DNA of 24,000 bases from an uncultured Methanosarcinales archaeon (GCA_964344235.1 CAYFMJ010000001.1:371529-395528); one strand, 5' to 3'; shown: positions 1 to 7,887, counted from the stretch's first letter. Program-made: numbers and translations. Notes: generated by a model from the letters alone, not told the origin.

Positions 1-395
1 CGGAGATGAAAGTGGTTACCTAAGTTGATTGAATAGGTTTTGAAGATTTTGTCCAAGAAGTGTTTTTCAGGTTTTGAGTTCATGACGTTGAGGTATGTGA
101 TAGATTTTTTCCCAAATTGAATGTGGCTCTGATAAAAGATAAATGGTTTATGGGCACGTTTAAACGTGAGGATAACACCAATAATGATGACGACGAGAAG
201 AAGGCCCAGGCTGCTTATTTTAACGATGGTTTCCTCAGATGCAGTAAGGCTCAGAAGTGCGAGGTTTAGTAGAATACCAACGTAGAAAATAATGCCAAGG
301 ATGAGGAACGAGAGGATTTTTGGGATGACTGCTCGTGATTGTTTTTGTTGTAAAATGTATAATGGTTTCTGTTGTGGTGTTGTGGGGGGTTGCAT
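1..395 (-). CDS. Membrane protein, truncated by the window edge (N-terminus at 395)
   Basis: Hand translation of the minus strand from ATG (393-395) stays open to position 3, about 131 codons. It is absent from the supplied track, presumably because it has no in-window stop. Sequence: MQPPTTPQQKPLYILQQKQSRAVIPKILSFLILGIIFYVGILLNLALLSL...ISSLGLLLVVIIIGVILTF..., with two clear hydrophobic helices. Confidence 0.45.
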   Translation of the reverse strand, partial: MQPPTTPQQKPLYILQQKQSRAVIPKILSFLILGIIFYVGILLNLALLSLTASEETIVKISSLGLLLVVIIIGVILTFKRAHKPFIFYQSHIQFGKKSITYLNVMNSKPEKHFLDKIFKTYSINLGNHFHL

Positions 396-445
396 GTGTG
401 TAAGGAAGAAAAAGAGGTTTATATGTTTTTGGGAGAAGTGAGAAA

Positions 446-531
446 TGGGCCCGCCCGGACTTGCAAAGAATTCTTGCACCGGGGATCCCCGCCAAGTCAA
501 GGCGGTATCATAGCTACTAGACCACGAGCCC
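446..531 (-). tRNA. tRNA-Val(GAC)-like gene with a 13-nt insertion in the T-loop (possible non-canonical intron)
   Basis: The reverse complement folds as acceptor GGGCTCG/CGGGCCC, D-stem GTCT/TGAT, and anticodon stem CCGCC/GGCGG with loop TTGACTT. It continues with variable GGATC and T-stem CCCGG/CCGGG. The T-loop is 20 nt (TGCAAGAATTCTTTGCAAGT, plus coords 459-478) instead of 7. Deviations are U37, no GG in the D-loop, and no encoded CCA. Confidence 0.5.
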
Positions 532-554
532 AGGATTTTGTGGGGATTAGGGTA

Positions 555-569
555 ATTTATTAATATTAT
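555..569 (+). promoter_or_regulatory. TATA-box-like element for the methyltransferase gene
   Basis: aatttattaatatta is centred about 26 nt upstream of ATG 588. No SD is present, consistent with a leaderless archaeal transcript. Confidence 0.45.
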
Positions 570-587
570 GTTGATTTTTAGAGAATA

Positions 588-1238
588 ATGAAGAGAATGG
601 ACGCAGAAACGGAATTCTTGAGTGGGCTGATTGAGTTACAGTATGGAGTTGATGTTGAAGATAAGTTGCGTGATGTGGCCGATAATGTCGGATGGGTAAG
701 GGGTTGGCCAAAGAATAAGAAAGCGTTTTGGAATGCCGAAGCGTTCATGTGGGGTAGAAAAATTAGTAAGGAGAAACGAGCACTGATCGCAAATGAGTTG
801 CGTTTTTTGGAAGGAGAAAAGAATTTAGACGTAGGGTGTGGGGCGTTTAGTTATGTAAAAGAAAGTGTGGGATTTGATATATCATCTAAAATGCTTGATT
901 TTAATGACACTATCGGTGAGAAAGTTGTCGGTGATTTAGAGAAAGAGTTGCCGTTTGCCTCAGAGAGTTTTGATTCTGTCACTGCAGTGTTAGTGGTTAA
1001 TTATGTAAAGAATGTTACTGGTTTGTTTTGTGAGTTACTGAGGGTTTTGAGGGATAGAGGGGTGTTTGTGATGGTTTTATCCAGCAAAAAAATTAATGAA
1101 TGGCAGAGGCAGAAAGAAGTGACTAGTTTGCATTTTGGAGAGTGGAAAGATGTTTTGGAAAGGAGTGGTTTTACTGTTGAGGCGTATGAAGAAGAGAATG
1201 TATGGTTTTTTAGGTGTAGAAAAGAAAAAAGTTATTAA
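588..1238 (+). CDS. Class I SAM-dependent methyltransferase
   Basis: 216-aa ORF. It has the motif I LDVGCGAFSY followed by acidic D (GFDIS), and a later VLVVNYV / GVFVM pattern typical of Methyltransf_11-type Rossmann methyltransferases. Confidence 0.85.
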   Translation: MKRMDAETEFLSGLIELQYGVDVEDKLRDVADNVGWVRGWPKNKKAFWNAEAFMWGRKISKEKRALIANELRFLEGEKNLDVGCGAFSYVKESVGFDISSKMLDFNDTIGEKVVGDLEKELPFASESFDSVTAVLVVNYVKNVTGLFCELLRVLRDRGVFVMVLSSKKINEWQRQKEVTSLHFGEWKDVLERSGFTVEAYEEENVWFFRCRKEKSY

Positions 1239-1271
1239 ATACTATTGTGCTTTACCTTATGAAAAGGTGTG

Positions 1272-2699
1272 ATGATGGGACGTTCTGAACTATTGAAAGA
1301 ATTTGGGTTTAAGGAAGAGGTTACGGAGACGTTAGAACGCCAGTATGGAAAAACAGGCTTCCCCAAACCGCATAAGACGTATCGTATGTATTGGGAACTG
1401 TATGACCTAAGCATGGAAGAACCATATTTTTGGATTCTTGATACATTAAAACAGAATTTTCCAATTATTGACAAGTTGGAAGATTCGTTTGCAGCTGCTG
1501 AGAATTCTGCTTTCTTTGGAGTGACACAACAACGGTTAGGGGCTCAGCAGGATAAAGTTTCACAGTTCCTTGCAACTACAGGAAAGATGATTAAGGAGCT
1601 GTTCCAGATGGTACGGGAGTTGCGGATTATCGATGAACGGTTAGGATATTACAAACAAGTTGCTGTACAGCTGGAGAGAGATCTTAAGGCACGTGAAAAG
1701 GGAGCAGAGATTACATTAAAAGGGTTCTTTGTTGATTTAGTTCAGGGAGGGGGGAAAAGTGCTGCTTCTGTCTATGGGATGGCGAGGGAGTTAGAATTTA
1801 TTACACTCCCCGATTTGTTTTTCGATGCGCCGCCATTCAGAACGAGCTCAGAGGTTGAGAAACATATTAACAGTTTAGAGAAAGATTTTAACAAGAATGT
1901 TTTACGAGTGTTACATCGGCATTTGACGCAATATATGCAGTGGAGGAAACGCACACACTCTGAGCATGTTAATAGGAAACAATTTATGTTGAAGTATCTG
2001 GATCAACATTTTCAGATTATTAATATGTATATTACGTGGATTAAACCGTATTTACGGAATGTAAGAAATTTGTCATTGAACCAGAAAGCAATGTCCTCTG
2101 CTGATTTGATTTCTGGTTTTGAAGGGAGTATGCTCGACGTAGAATTTTTGGCCCGACGGAGGATTCCCATAGGAGATTCTGGGGCGAATGGTTGTGTTTT
2201 AGCGACGTTTCAATATAGAACACGACCGGAGATGAAAGTTGTTTCTGAAGGATATCAGCGAGGTCCAGTGCATATTGGCGGCATGACGATGGAATTGCGT
2301 GTGTATACGTGGACCGATGAGGAAGTTGAAAATTATAAGAAGCTAAAGCAGAAAGAAACGTTGGAGCTATTTGGTGATGTTTCAGAGTCAGTACGGGGTG
2401 CTATGGAATCGTTAGGAGATGTGCTAGAGAAATATTTAGAGGAAGCGCGTGGTTTGAAGAAGGAAAAGAAAGAGGAAAAAAAAGAGACGAAACAAAAAAA
2501 AGGATTAAAAGGTTTATTTGGGGAGTTTTATCGGTCGAGACCTAAACGTGATAAAGATAAAGCTCAAAACAGTAAAGAAGCAAAGGTACTTAGCGATAAA
2601 CTGAAATCTACAAATGAAGGTTTAATTAAGGGTGTAAAGTTTACTGCGTGGAATACGTATAAGAATTTTAAAAAAGCACACCGGATGATTCAGTGGTAG
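1272..2699 (+). CDS. Hypothetical protein (about 475 aa), helical/coiled-coil with Lys-rich C-terminal tail
   Basis: Long ORF. The first ATG at 1272 is preceded by aaggtg (SD-like); the track start at 1269 is GTG. I recognise no family. The C-terminus is KKEKKEEKKETKQKKGLKG... Confidence 0.8.
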   Translation: MMGRSELLKEFGFKEEVTETLERQYGKTGFPKPHKTYRMYWELYDLSMEEPYFWILDTLKQNFPIIDKLEDSFAAAENSAFFGVTQQRLGAQQDKVSQFLATTGKMIKELFQMVRELRIIDERLGYYKQVAVQLERDLKAREKGAEITLKGFFVDLVQGGGKSAASVYGMARELEFITLPDLFFDAPPFRTSSEVEKHINSLEKDFNKNVLRVLHRHLTQYMQWRKRTHSEHVNRKQFMLKYLDQHFQIINMYITWIKPYLRNVRNLSLNQKAMSSADLISGFEGSMLDVEFLARRRIPIGDSGANGCVLATFQYRTRPEMKVVSEGYQRGPVHIGGMTMELRVYTWTDEEVENYKKLKQKETLELFGDVSESVRGAMESLGDVLEKYLEEARGLKKEKKEEKKETKQKKGLKGLFGEFYRSRPKRDKDKAQNSKEAKVLSDKLKSTNEGLIKGVKFTAWNTYKNFKKAHRMIQW

Positions 2700-2728
2700 T
2701 GTTTTGTATATAATACAGTATATTCCCA

Positions 2729-2740
2729 CTATTTTTATAG
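2729..2740 (+). promoter_or_regulatory. TATA-box-like element
   Basis: ctatttttatag is centred about 26 nt upstream of ATG 2761. Confidence 0.4.
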
Positions 2741-2760
2741 TTCTCGTTTCTGAAGTTGTT

Positions 2761-3459
2761 ATGGTTGATGAATTAAAAGGCTTACCTCCGGAAGAGCGAA
2801 TTAAGAAGTTACGGGAGTTAGAAGCGAAGAAGAAGAAAGAAATAGAGGAAGCTGCCCGTTTAATTCGAGAGAGTGAAGATGAATTAACTGATAGAAGAGC
2901 CTGGGAGGAGAAGGTTCCTATACCCGAAGTGGCACAGGAAGAACTTACTGGGTTAAGTGTGGGAGCGAAGGATATTCTTAAAGTTCAAGGTAGAGTACAA
3001 GAGAAACAGGAAGTTGTTGAAGATCCTGAAGAGACAAAAGAGGCTGTTGAAAAAGAAGAGAGAAGTTTAGAGGATACGGTTGAAGCAGAGGTTGTTAGTA
3101 AAAGTAATGAGTTACAGAATGTTCAGTATGGTTTCCCCCAGGATTTAGCACATCCTCAAGCGAATGCAGAATATGCAATGCGTCTAAGCTATATGCCTGC
3201 AGAAGAATTACGAGATAGAGTTGAAGCGGTACGGGCTTCTGTGCAGGATAGGGGGTATATGACGCATGAGGAACAGAATTTTGTGATGGCAGCGTATGCG
3301 GCGTCTGAAAATAAAGAAAGAGCCGTACAGGAAGGGAAATATTCGATGATAGAGGAGGCTGCACAGGCAACGTCTTTGATTGCACAGACAACCGGACGAT
3401 TATTAGATCAAGCGTATCATGCACGACAAGAGGAACATAGGACGCAGTATCAGAGATGA
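2761..3459 (+). CDS. Acidic coiled-coil protein (232 aa), unknown function
   Basis: The ORF is 2704..3459 in the track. I prefer the internal ATG at 2761 (MVDELKGLPPEERIKKLRELEAKKKKEIEE...) because of the TATA box 26 nt upstream. It is very Glu/Lys rich and contains NVQYGF. Confidence 0.7.
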   Translation: MVDELKGLPPEERIKKLRELEAKKKKEIEEAARLIRESEDELTDRRAWEEKVPIPEVAQEELTGLSVGAKDILKVQGRVQEKQEVVEDPEETKEAVEKEERSLEDTVEAEVVSKSNELQNVQYGFPQDLAHPQANAEYAMRLSYMPAEELRDRVEAVRASVQDRGYMTHEEQNFVMAAYAASENKERAVQEGKYSMIEEAAQATSLIAQTTGRLLDQAYHARQEEHRTQYQR

Positions 3460-3614
3460 ATTAGCTGCGTCCTAAATACCCTACTTCAGAGACGAGAACC
3501 CAATACTTATGTGTAGGAACCTCGTATCTTACGTCTGGCCATGCCATCAATAACTCCGTTATTTCTGTCATTGATGGCACAGACGGTTATTTAAGACACA
3601 ACTCAAATGACGAT

Positions 3615-3626
3615 AAATTTTATATA
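3615..3626 (+). promoter_or_regulatory. TATA-box-like element for the 708-aa gene
   Basis: aaattttatata is centred about 27 nt upstream of ATG 3648. Confidence 0.5.
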
Positions 3627-3647
3627 CGATAAACTGTTCTTTCTCCT

Positions 3648-5774
3648 ATGGCTGATTTTGGTGATGGATATTATATGCCGATGGACCGTGGACATGCACA
3701 TGATCATGGACATCATGGTTTTCCAGGGGTTTCAGGGAAAGCAACAAGTGATGTAGGGATTTCTATCGGTGATTTAGGAACAAGTATGGGTTTAGGTCCG
3801 GTGCCGAATGTGCAAACTGTTAAATCGCGTCTTCATCCCGGAGCGAAGAAGTTAGAGTTCGTATTTTTTGGTCGAGGAAAAGGTTCTGCTCAGGGACATA
3901 CGCCAGGACAGTATGGGTTTAAGCAACGACAAGCATTAGTAGAGATTGGAAGATCAAATAAAGTTGATTTTACAACGCACTCTGCTGTTGGCATTATGGG
4001 TTTAGCAGGGATGGATCAGCAAGGGAATTTCTCAAAAGCAAGTAAGCAGGATTCTCTATTGGAGTTAAAGCGAGCAGTTGAATTCGCTGCAGATGTGGGA
4101 CAGGGAGGGCCCGTTGTTGTTCATACTGGGGAGTTTGACAGGCCAATTGTTGACGCTGAGTGGAACCAACAGGAAGGCGATCCGTACAAAGGGAAGTTTA
4201 CTCGGTATGCTGATGAGGAAGGAAGAACGGAGTATAGGGTTGTTGATAGAAGAACTGGAAGACTGGTACAGTCAGCTCAGAAGAATAGAAAAGTTTCCCG
4301 GCCAGTATGGAATGTTGCTACAGAGGGAGAAGAGTATGTCGACTTTGATGGGGTGACAAAAAAGGGTGAGAAAGGAAAAAAAGTGTATTTAGATTATGAG
4401 GGAAACCGCGTACAGCCAGAGTTACGAGTTCCGAAGTTTAACAAAGATGATCAAAAATTCGAAGTGGTGCAGCTAGGGTGGGAAGATCTTGTTGAGGAAG
4501 CAAAAGAAATGACTACCCGTGCTAAAGAGGTGTGGAAAGATTGGAAAGCTGGTAGAATTAGTAATAAAGAGTTTGAAAAATCGTATTGGGCTCGATTTAG
4601 GGATGCGAAGAGTGTTAAAGATGTTAACGTCCGGGCTGAGGAAGCGTATATTATCTCAACATTAGAAACCAATGCTGCTAGGGACAGGGGTTGGGCGTTG
4701 TATTATGGGGGGAATTTTGATGATTATATCAAAAAAATGAAGAAGTTTAAGAAAGCGCTGGCGTTTTATGAGCAATTGGAAGAAGCAACTGATGAAGAAG
4801 AGAAGTGGCAATTGAAGCGCGAAATTGGCGAGTTGCGTTTACCGAGTGGGTTGGTGCCGCCTGATTCTAAATTTCCCTCTGAAATTTTGAGAGAGCAGAT
4901 TAAAGAAGTTGATCGGCAAATGAAATATTCGCGTGAATCTTCAGCAGCACAATGGGCGCAATCAGAAGAAGCGGTGGAACAGATCAGGAATATTGAGAGT
5001 GCGGAGACGTATGCAATTAAAGAAGCGTATGATGCGTATGCACAATCAGCAATTAGTGCAATGAGACAGAGTGATGCGTTAGAGAAGAAAGGTAAGTTGA
5101 AGAAGCCGATTGCAGTTGCTCTTGAAAATTTATTCCCAGAAGCATATGGTTCACACCCTGATGAGTTAAAAAGTTTAGTGCTTGGGAGTCGGGAGAGGAT
5201 GGTTGAGTTGCTGAAACAGCAAGGAATGGCTGAAGAAGCGGCTAAGAAGAAAGCCACAGCGCACATTACTGCAACATTTGATACCGGGCATCTTAACATG
5301 TGGCGGAAGTATTGGCGAGGGGATCCAAATAAAAGTATCAAAGAAAATGATAAAGCATTTGATAAATGGATGTTAGATAAAGTTGGAGAGCTAGCAAAGG
5401 ATAAGATTATTGGCCACGTACATATTGATGATAATTATGGGTATCATGATGATCATCTCGCTCCGGGTGAAGGGAATACGCCGATTAAAGAGATGGTGAA
5501 AGTGTTAAAAAAGAACGGGTACAAAGGAGAATTAATTGTGGAGCCCGGTGCAGATTATTATACAGATACGGGAAATGGCTTTGCGTCACTTGCGAAGACA
5601 TGGAAACATTTTGATCTACCAGTCTATGGACGAGGAGGGTTGTCTGGACAAGGAGCAACGTGGGGGAATGTGCAGTATGGTTTCTTTGGACATAATCAAC
5701 CTGCATATTTCGTGTTTGGAGCATATAGCCCGTCGGAAGAATGGACGTTGTGGTCAGGAGTGCCGTTGGAGTAA
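3648..5774 (+). CDS. Xylose-isomerase-like TIM-barrel (AP endonuclease 2 / sugar phosphate isomerase-epimerase superfamily) protein with a large internal insertion
   Basis: The N-terminal part (LEFVFFG...HSAVG...AVEFAADVGQGGPVVVHTGEF) and C-terminal part (AVALENLFPE...FDTGHLNMW...IIGHVHIDDNYGYHDDHLAPGEGNTPIKEMVKVLKKNGYKGELIVEPG) match the family motif order (H..G, E, D.GH, HxHxxD, DxHxxxG, E). They are separated by about 320 charged/helical residues. The N-terminus is His-rich (DRGHAHDHGHHG). Confidence 0.8.
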   Translation: MADFGDGYYMPMDRGHAHDHGHHGFPGVSGKATSDVGISIGDLGTSMGLGPVPNVQTVKSRLHPGAKKLEFVFFGRGKGSAQGHTPGQYGFKQRQALVEIGRSNKVDFTTHSAVGIMGLAGMDQQGNFSKASKQDSLLELKRAVEFAADVGQGGPVVVHTGEFDRPIVDAEWNQQEGDPYKGKFTRYADEEGRTEYRVVDRRTGRLVQSAQKNRKVSRPVWNVATEGEEYVDFDGVTKKGEKGKKVYLDYEGNRVQPELRVPKFNKDDQKFEVVQLGWEDLVEEAKEMTTRAKEVWKDWKAGRISNKEFEKSYWARFRDAKSVKDVNVRAEEAYIISTLETNAARDRGWALYYGGNFDDYIKKMKKFKKALAFYEQLEEATDEEEKWQLKREIGELRLPSGLVPPDSKFPSEILREQIKEVDRQMKYSRESSAAQWAQSEEAVEQIRNIESAETYAIKEAYDAYAQSAISAMRQSDALEKKGKLKKPIAVALENLFPEAYGSHPDELKSLVLGSRERMVELLKQQGMAEEAAKKKATAHITATFDTGHLNMWRKYWRGDPNKSIKENDKAFDKWMLDKVGELAKDKIIGHVHIDDNYGYHDDHLAPGEGNTPIKEMVKVLKKNGYKGELIVEPGADYYTDTGNGFASLAKTWKHFDLPVYGRGGLSGQGATWGNVQYGFFGHNQPAYFVFGAYSPSEEWTLWSGVPLE

Positions 5775-5797
5775 TTGTTGCTGTATTTTTTCGACGA

Positions 5798-5865
5798 CAA
5801 AATTGAGCGGAAGGTGTTATGCCCTGGGGACTTTACGTCCCCACGAGGAGCGTAGCGACGAAGAG
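5798..5865 (+). repeat. Linker module copy A (conserved structured inter-cassette element)
   Basis: Sequence: caaaattgagcggaaggTGTTATGccctGGGGACtttacGTCCCCacgagGAGCGTAGCGACGAAGag. It aligns with copies B and C. The hairpin is 5826-5831/5837-5842. An outer helix gttatg (5816-5821) with cgtagc (5851-5856) is possible if G-U pairs are allowed. Confidence 0.8.
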
Positions 5866-5984
5866 TTTTTGAACTACCGTGCATTGACACTGGCGCCGAT
5901 TAACACTTACAGTTTTTAGTTTTAGTATTTCAAAGAAGGGGGAGTTCCGTTAGTTTTAGTTACACATTAAAGGGGGGACAATTT
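5866..5984 (+). repeat. Cassette 1 left inverted-repeat arm
   Basis: Five perfect blocks occur in nested order with the right arm: tttttgaactacc 5866-5878, actggcgcc 5889-5897, gattaacact 5898-5907, gggggagttcc 5938-5948, ggggggacaattt 5972-5984. Confidence 0.85.
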
Positions 5985-5986
5985 AG

Positions 5987-6748
5987 TTACTTGAAAGGTT
6001 TACTTTGTTTCCAGAACCATTCAAAATAATTTCTAAAAGAATCAGCAACTTGTTGACTTGTTATTTCAAAGGCAAAGGGCATTTCACCCTGAGGGATTGC
6101 AATGAGAACCACATCTTTGTAGATCATTACCCAAGAGGGAGATTCAATATTGAGGGGCATTCTTCTGGCTTCGCAATATTTGTAACTATTTCTGTTCTTT
6201 AAGTTTTCATTAGTTACATCAGGATGATAAAGCATTCTGCATTTGATTTTTTCTTTTGCCAAAATCTGATGGTGCTTTTTCCAATACGCATGATGAAAGC
6301 CCGGTTGTTGCGGAGGCAACCCGTACAAAACAACCTCATCTCCCTGTTTCAATTTTTGATAGCGGTTTTCGTAAGCAGTCATTAATCCTCTAAATCCCTC
6401 ATACATATTAGCCTCACTTTTTTTGGCTAACTTTTGTTTAAGGATTAACTGGGGAATCATCTCTTGGATTTTCGCTTTATTTTGTTGAATCTCTTTTTCT
6501 CTAGTTTCAACATAATCCAAGAGTGTATTTGGCGGTGCTGCTTGGTAATACTTAGTTTTTTCTTTGGTCACATAGGAAACAAGCCCTTTCTTGATTAGTT
6601 TTTCAAGAATCCTATAGATGATTGATCTATTTACTCCAGATTTTTCAAGAATAGGGCCGATTGTTGACGAACCAAGCTCTAGCAAAGCCAAGTAAGTTCT
6701 TGTTTCACCATCAGTTAATCCTGCTTCTTGAAGGGCTGAAATGTCCAT
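5987..6748 (-). CDS. TrmB-family transcriptional regulator
   Basis: 253-aa ORF. The N-terminal winged HTH is typical of TrmB (LQEAGLTDGETRTYLALLELGSSTIGPILEKSGVNRSIIYRILEKLIKKGLVSY) and is followed by a C-terminal effector-type domain. Confidence 0.8.
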   Translation of the reverse strand: MDISALQEAGLTDGETRTYLALLELGSSTIGPILEKSGVNRSIIYRILEKLIKKGLVSYVTKEKTKYYQAAPPNTLLDYVETREKEIQQNKAKIQEMIPQLILKQKLAKKSEANMYEGFRGLMTAYENRYQKLKQGDEVVLYGLPPQQPGFHHAYWKKHHQILAKEKIKCRMLYHPDVTNENLKNRNSYKYCEARRMPLNIESPSWVMIYKDVVLIAIPQGEMPFAFEITSQQVADSFRNYFEWFWKQSKPFK

Positions 6749-6867
6749 GCTTTGTTTATGATTGGTTGTTTTATTTAAATCTTTCTAATTAGCATACTAG
6801 TGGTGGTATGATAAAATTATTAAAGAAAGTAGTTGCTACTGTTAAATAAATAACTTAGGAATTAAAA

Positions 6868-7317
6868 ATGACAGAAGAAAATAATGGGCTTGACGAGAGA
6901 TTACTAACACAAGTACAGGCAATTAGCAGATTAGTAATTCCAGGTGTACAAACTGAATTTTGCAGGGGGGTTCCAAAGGAAGGCAGTACTAATGAATTTA
7001 GTCCAAGCACTAACATTCTTATTGAAAACTGTCTGGGTAGAACTGTTTTTGCATCATATATCCACACTCCGTATGGTAAGAATCAATTTAGGATGTGGTT
7101 AGACAATCGTCCAAAAATGTTGGTACCCGCTAGAGATCATTACGATCGTGGAGGCAGTTCAAGAGAAGGCAGCCACTGGTTTTTTGAAGCTACTGGACTA
7201 ACCGAACCAGTACAATCAATAAGAGATCTGTTGACGGATGGTTGGGAGAAAAAAGATGAATACAGCCATAGGGCAACTGCTATTCTTTACGCAAAAGGCG
7301 GGTTTTCGGATGAATAA
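6868..7317 (+). CDS. Hypothetical protein (149 aa)
   Basis: The ORF is divergent from the TrmB gene across an AT-rich region (6749-6867) with TATA-like words. No family is recognised. Confidence 0.65.
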   Translation: MTEENNGLDERLLTQVQAISRLVIPGVQTEFCRGVPKEGSTNEFSPSTNILIENCLGRTVFASYIHTPYGKNQFRMWLDNRPKMLVPARDHYDRGGSSREGSHWFFEATGLTEPVQSIRDLLTDGWEKKDEYSHRATAILYAKGGFSDE

Positions 7318-7344
7318 TCAAGATGAAACTAGGAGCTAAATAAA

Positions 7345-7887
7345 ATGGCAAAAATTGAAAGCATTGAAAGAATACTTGTTGTTGAGGATACTGAACAACA
7401 TATTCAGGCAGCTAGAGAACAACTTGGTGAGTATGAACTTACAATGGTGGGAGATTTCGAAAGATTCCTCGACGCAGTGAAAGGTACTTGTTTTGACGCG
7501 CCGAATAATAGAATGAAGCGTAATTATAACTTTCCTGAAGATCCAAAATTTGATGCTGTACTTAGCGATATGAATTTTCCTATGAATGTAAAAGACTTGT
7601 ACAGTGGTTACAATTCCCCTGGTGTTTTAGGATATGCAGTAGGGATGATCTGTTCACAAGCATCAATTCCATTAGTAGGAATTGTGTCTGCAACAAACCA
7701 CCATGAAGGATCTGTTGCAGGAAGTCTAATGTACTTGAAAGCAACAAGACACGCTGATAGAATTTTTCAAGTAGGAGATACACGAATAATGTATTTTGAT
7801 GATGACTCTTTTGGCACAAGGGATCAACCTAAGAGATGGGATAAAGCATTAGAATGTTTAAATGCAGGAACCAGAAATATTGATTAG
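7345..7887 (+). CDS. Flavodoxin-fold protein resembling a stand-alone CheY-like receiver domain
   Basis: An SD aggag lies 9 nt upstream. The pattern is RILVVEDTE (beta1 acidic pair), FDAVLSDMNFP (beta3 Asp), IPLVGIVSAT (beta4 Ser/Thr), YLKA (beta5 Lys), with an insertion between beta2 and beta3. The assignment is by pattern only. Confidence 0.55.
   Translation: MAKIESIERILVVEDTEQHIQAAREQLGEYELTMVGDFERFLDAVKGTCFDAPNNRMKRNYNFPEDPKFDAVLSDMNFPMNVKDLYSGYNSPGVLGYAVGMICSQASIPLVGIVSATNHHEGSVAGSLMYLKATRHADRIFQVGDTRIMYFDDDSFGTRDQPKRWDKALECLNAGTRNID

Noticed and set aside
235-563. Track ORFs 235..495(-) and 372..563(+)
   Set aside because: Both run through the tRNA-Val-like gene (446-531). Their products are low-complexity. 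The better minus-strand frame is the membrane protein ending at 395.
1738-1762. Walker A / P-loop in the 475-aa protein (VQGGGKSAAS)
   Set aside because: It does not satisfy [AG]-x4-G-K-[ST], since Leu occupies the first position. No Walker B or other NTPase motif was seen.
3095-5724. Antisense or alternative-frame ORFs inside long genes (for example 3095..3424-, 4078..4356+, 4451..4672-, 4766..5341-, 5485..5724-, 5536..5919+)
   Set aside because: They are nested within the well-supported 2761..3459 and 3648..5774 genes and have Ser/Leu/Cys-rich shadow-frame composition. The same reasoning applies to 1772..1954-, 2041..2223-, 6005..6202+, 7580..7819-, 8839..9189-, 10439..10624-, 11646..11906-, 13358..13573-, 13887..14096-, 14473..14661-, 15117..15356+, 15277..15579-, 15796..16038-, 16254..16478-, 17219..17440+, 18007..18252-, 18356..18538+, 18590..18775+, 19223..19498+, 19503..19753+, 20650..21028+, 21421..21618+, 22076..22309+ and 22450..22782+.
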